Of a DNA stretch of 64,000 bases, positions 59,927 to 64,000 are shown in pieces. Both the position numbers and the translations under genes were made by a program. Source of the stretch: an uncultured virus (IMG/VR IMGVR_UViG_3300005264_001596) (lineage: Duplodnaviria; Heunggongvirae; Uroviricota; Caudoviricetes); the IMG/VR virus record IMGVR_UViG_3300005264_001596. One strand, given 5' to 3'. The first letter of the stretch is position 1. Each line of letters opens with the position of its first letter. Below the pieces are notes generated by a model. That model searched no databases. It was not told the DNA's origin and saw only the letters and a list, made by a program, of their open reading frames with translations.

Positions 59927-62403
59927 ATGAGCAATAATTTGAAAAAAGAGTTTAAAAAGATTAATAAGAAGTATGATGATTTAGATAAAGCCCATGCATC
60001 TGGTCTAATGACAATGGCAGCACATATTTCAGCAAATAGACTTATGATGTTTTTCTCTAATTTAACCCAATATAATCAAATTGACAATCCAGAACCACCA
60101 TTATTAACAACTGGATATGAAAATCCATTAGCACTATATAGTAAATTATCATATAACCAAATTGAAAATAAGGTTATAGTTGTAGGGAAAATAATAAAAA
60201 ATAAATACAATTATACACTTATTACTTATGATAAGAAAAAAGATTTGTATGATATTGTTGAAAGACATGAAGCAGAAGATCTTGGTGAAAGTTATGGTTT
60301 TAAAATAAATAATGAAACTATAGACTCTTATAATATCGGAAATACAATAAAGAAAGATACAGTATTATGGAAATCAAGTGGTTATGATGATTATATGAAT
60401 TATGGCTATGGAAAGAATTTAAACACTATGTATTCTATAAATTTAAATAATCTTGAAGATGCTATAACTACAACTGATGATATTGGTTTAGATACTAATA
60501 AAGTTAAAACTATTGAAGTTATTATTTCTGATAATACTGGTCCATTAAATTTATATGGAGATAATAAACAATTTAAAGTATTTCCTGAAGTTGGAGAAAC
60601 TGTTAATGATTGTATATTATGTGCAACTAGACTTAGAAATGAAAAATCAGATTTATTTAATTTCACAAATGATAAATTAAGAAAGTTAATTTCAGGTGAT
60701 ACAACATATGTTACTCATGGTAATTATAAAGTTATTGATATTGATATTCTTACAAATAATCCTATTGATGATTTACCTAATACAAAATCATATCAACAAA
60801 TAAAACGAGTGTATTCAGAAATTATAGAATATCGAAAAAAGATTCATAAAGAATTAGATATAATTATAAACTCTGGCTCAGATTATACAAGTAGATTATC
60901 ATTTCTTTATAAAAGAATAAATGATTTATTAGATGATAGAATTAAAATAGAAGTTAATAATAAAATATTCTCAAAATTTATTATTAATTTTACCGTGATG
61001 CATAAAGATACACCTAAATTAGGAAGTAAGATAGTGGGTAGATCTGGAAATAAAGGAATCATTGGTACCATTAGAAATAAAAAAGAAGCATCATATTATA
61101 TTGATGAAAAAGGTGAAGAACAAAAAGTTCAAATAATTTTAGATGGATTAGGTATATTAGCAAGACTTGCATTAATGCAAAGTTATGAAGTTGAAGTTAA
61201 TTGGATGGTTGGTCAAGCATTAGATCGAGTATGGGATGATAGAAAAAAATTTATGAAAACTTGTTTTGATTTATTAAATATACTTAATCCTTCAGAAGCT
61301 GAAGCATTAGAAAATGATTATATGAATTTAGATAAATCAGGTAAAAAATATATTTATAAATCTATTCAGGAACATGGATTACCTATATTTGTTAAACCGT
61401 CTGAAGGCATTGGAGATAAACGATATGAAGAATTAATTGATTATGTGAAACCTAAGAAATATAAAATTTATAAATATGATACAAATGGAAAGAAAATTTA
61501 TTATAAAAGACCAATGATAGTTGGAAAACAGTATGTAATGATTTTAAAACATACTCCATTATCTAAATTTAGTGTCAGAAGTAGAGGTGCAGTGAATCCA
61601 CGTTCAGGAACACCTACTAGAAGTAATGCTTTTCTTAAAAATAGAGCTTTATATTCTGATACCTCATCTCGACTTGGTGAATTTTTGCCAACGACTTTTT
61701 AATTGCGGGGAACTGCTAACTAGATTAGCGGGATGAATAATCCTCTCTACTTTAGGATACAGATACTAAACTATCATAGTAATATAGATAGTGGCGAAGG
61801 GTAACTCCTTAGGTATAGTAAAAATTCTGTATATAGAGACAATCCGCATCCAAGCTTCTCAAAGAGAAGAAGGTTCAACGACTATCCCTTTCGGGGGAGT
61901 ACAGAACAAGCTAAGGTTCTGGAAAAGGAAGACCTATCATAAGATAGAAGATATAGTCTATTCTGCATCGAGAGATGTAGCAGTTCATAAGAGAACGATA
62001 TAAAGAGTTGCGTCTTTATATGAATATAAAGGAAATGGAACTTGGAATTTTACTAATAAATAATCAACCAAAAGCTGTTAAATTCTTAATGAGTATTTAT
62101 GCAAATTCAACAGAGAGCCGAAGACGTTTTGCTCATTGGTTATATGATAATCCTTTTTCAAGTGGTACAAATTATTCTGAAAAAGGTTTTAGAAATAAAC
62201 CAGTTGATATTATGAATAATCAAATGAATTCAATAGGATTAAATTTAAATATGGTTTATGAAAGTCCTAAATCATATGCTAAACGAATTAACAAAAATGG
62301 TGATAATATGGAAGATGCTATTAATAATGATTTAAATAAAGTTAAAAATATTAATGAACTATCATTTTTATTAAAAAGAGAAATTAATAAATCAGGCAAA
62401 TAG
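59927..62403 (+). CDS. rpoB: RNA polymerase beta subunit, C-terminal half (probably non-virion RNAP), spliced: join(59927..61678,62032..62403), 707 aa
   Basis: SANRLMMF..N..Q, TGYE, YGKN, NLEDA, GSKIVGRSGNKGII, GKQYVMILKH; splicing restores RLGEME. Confidence 0.9.
61679..62031 (+). mobile_element. group I intron 3 in the RNAP beta gene (353 nt, no functional ORF)
   Basis: Same core as the gyrB introns; P1 TTGGT:GCCAA with a U.G pair; terminal G before GAA ATG GAA. Confidence 0.92.
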
Positions 62404-62440
62404 CCTGATTTGTTTTTCCTTATATAGGAGGTGTTAATTT

Positions 62441-63061
62441 ATGAACAGAGGAATGTCTTTTAATTTTAAATCTAAAGATAATTATATAAATGACTCTATA
62501 TCTTTATCAATAATTGCATCAATTGATAATAAATATTCAAATAAAAAACTTATTAAAAAATTAGATAAATATATATTAGATGTTTTTAATAATTTGACAT
62601 TTAATGAATATTCTCTATTTCTGATTTTCGTTGGAATAAATGAATCAGCCCCTTTATTAATTAAAGCATTAAATAAACTCAGAGATGATAAATATGAGAA
62701 TATGATAATAATAGCAGTATCATCTAAATATAATGAGACTAAAAAATTTTCAAAAAAGATTAGAAAAGAATTAGAATATTATTTAGATTATGTAGATGAA
62801 TATATAAGTATAAAAAAAGAATATTCCGATTATATGCAACAAAGAGAAGAATATTCAGATTTAGCATATAATTTATTACCGAGTATTATTGATTCATTTA
62901 TTTCTAAAACAGGTGTACTCAAATTTTTAATTAAAAATACATCACATAGTATAAACATATGGGATGGTACAAAAAATACACTTTTAAATCCAAATGAATT
63001 TAAAAAATGTGTAATTGAAGATAAAACTCATAAAACAAGATTCTTAGACTTACGTAAATAA
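62441..63061 (+). CDS. hypothetical protein
   Basis: AGGAGG RBS; follows the terminator at 62389-62411. Confidence 0.6.
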   Translation: MNRGMSFNFKSKDNYINDSISLSIIASIDNKYSNKKLIKKLDKYILDVFNNLTFNEYSLFLIFVGINESAPLLIKALNKLRDDKYENMIIIAVSSKYNETKKFSKKIRKELEYYLDYVDEYISIKKEYSDYMQQREEYSDLAYNLLPSIIDSFISKTGVLKFLIKNTSHSINIWDGTKNTLLNPNEFKKCVIEDKTHKTRFLDLRK

Positions 63062-63096
63062 AGTATATATTATTATAATAGAAAGGAGAAGATGAT

Positions 63097-64000
63097 ATGA
63101 AAAAAATAAAATATTTAAAAGAAGTTTATGATAATAATCAATTATTACGATGCTCATTAATCATTAGAGATAAGAAACATTATAAGTTCATAAATAAATT
63201 TATTTATGAAAAAGATTTAAGTGAAAATGAAATAAAATTAGCTGGTCTTATTATTGAGATATGTAAAACGATATATGATAGTAATAGTAATATTGCTGTA
63301 CCAATTAATGATTTTCACTATGATAAATTACTTGAGAAATATAAAAAATATCATAATGAACCATTTGGAAGACCAACAAGTTCTGAAACTTATGATTTCC
63401 CAAAATTAGCTGGCACATTAGATAAATGTTATTATTTTGATAATTGGATGGATAAAGTAAGTAAATTAAATATATTTCCAATTGAATTATCTGATAAAAA
63501 AGATGGCAATTCAATAGCAGTTACTTTAGTTAGACATGGCAATAAAATGAAAGTTGAAAAAGCAACAACTAGAGGTAATAAAGAAGAAGGGGTTAATGTA
63601 ACTAAAATATTTAAAGGTTATGAATTTGATAATATGAAATTTGACCGAATTGGGTTACAGTTTGAATTTATGATTGATAAGAAGAGTAAAGAAGAATTTG
63701 AATTAATGAAAGGTAAAACATATAAAACTTTAAGAAGTTGCTCTAGTGCATTATTAACATCTATGCAATATGCAAAATCATATGAAGAACTTAAAGAATT
63801 ACAAAAATTTATGAAATTAAGTTTATTAAATTATGATTATGAGGATAATTCTGATTATGAGTCAGTTGTATTACAAAAAATAACAAAATCAATACCTTCT
63901 ATAAATAGATTAAATAAAGATATAATTTATATTGATTCTGATTTTACTAAGAAAAATGCATTGAAAAAAGTATTCTTCAATAGGATAGAAAAATATATTA
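63097..64000 (+). CDS. ligA: NAD-dependent DNA ligase (runs off the window end)
   Basis: Manual translation from ATG 63097: IND..YD.L, LAGTLDK, SDKKDGNS (KxDG), ATTRGN...G.NVT. Confidence 0.88.
   Translation, partial: MKKIKYLKEVYDNNQLLRCSLIIRDKKHYKFINKFIYEKDLSENEIKLAGLIIEICKTIYDSNSNIAVPINDFHYDKLLEKYKKYHNEPFGRPTSSETYDFPKLAGTLDKCYYFDNWMDKVSKLNIFPIELSDKKDGNSIAVTLVRHGNKMKVEKATTRGNKEEGVNVTKIFKGYEFDNMKFDRIGLQFEFMIDKKSKEEFELMKGKTYKTLRSCSSALLTSMQYAKSYEELKELQKFMKLSLLNYDYEDNSDYESVVLQKITKSIPSINRLNKDIIYIDSDFTKKNALKKVFFNRIEKYI

Noticed and set aside
61791..62003. 70-aa ORF in intron 3 (and 38559-38789 on the minus strand over intron 2) as a homing endonuclease
   Set aside because: Too short, overlaps the ribozyme core, and has no HNH, GIY-YIG or LAGLIDADG motif
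1..64000. Alternative genetic code (stop-codon reassignment)
   Set aside because: Conserved genes are full length under code 11; the breaks are explained by introns or isolated indels

Overview
Very AT-rich segment of a phiKZ/AR9-related jumbo phage genome. Strong AGGAGG ribosome-binding sites, an XkdX-like gene and cell-wall enzymes suggest a Firmicutes host. The window encodes split subunits of two multisubunit RNA polymerases: a beta' N half, a beta' C half and two different beta C-terminal subunits. Replication and recombination genes include DnaB, SbcD, a Dda/RecD-like helicase, RecA/UvsX, RNase H, GyrB, GyrA, NAD-dependent ligase and a PolB-like fragment. It also carries ThyA and DHFR, a tubulin (TubZ/PhuZ), a polyphosphate kinase, tail/baseplate genes and a membrane-protein cluster. 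Three near-identical ~355-nt group I introns without ORFs are present. Two sit in tandem in gyrB around a 5-nt micro-exon (TGGGT), and one sits in the RNAP beta subunit; two of the three interrupt the same LG^EME peptide in unrelated genes. A cluster of unrelated ORFs at 47.4-53.7 kb shares a near-identical RBS plus N-terminal leader cassette (MNNLEKLLESTKEEQRDSSLDYLNE), which looks like a modular capsid-loading propeptide system. Early-type (TAAGTATATATTATA) and late-type (AACA-N5/6-TA) promoter motifs and many intrinsic terminators are visible. All product calls are by-eye motif recognition; no database search was run.
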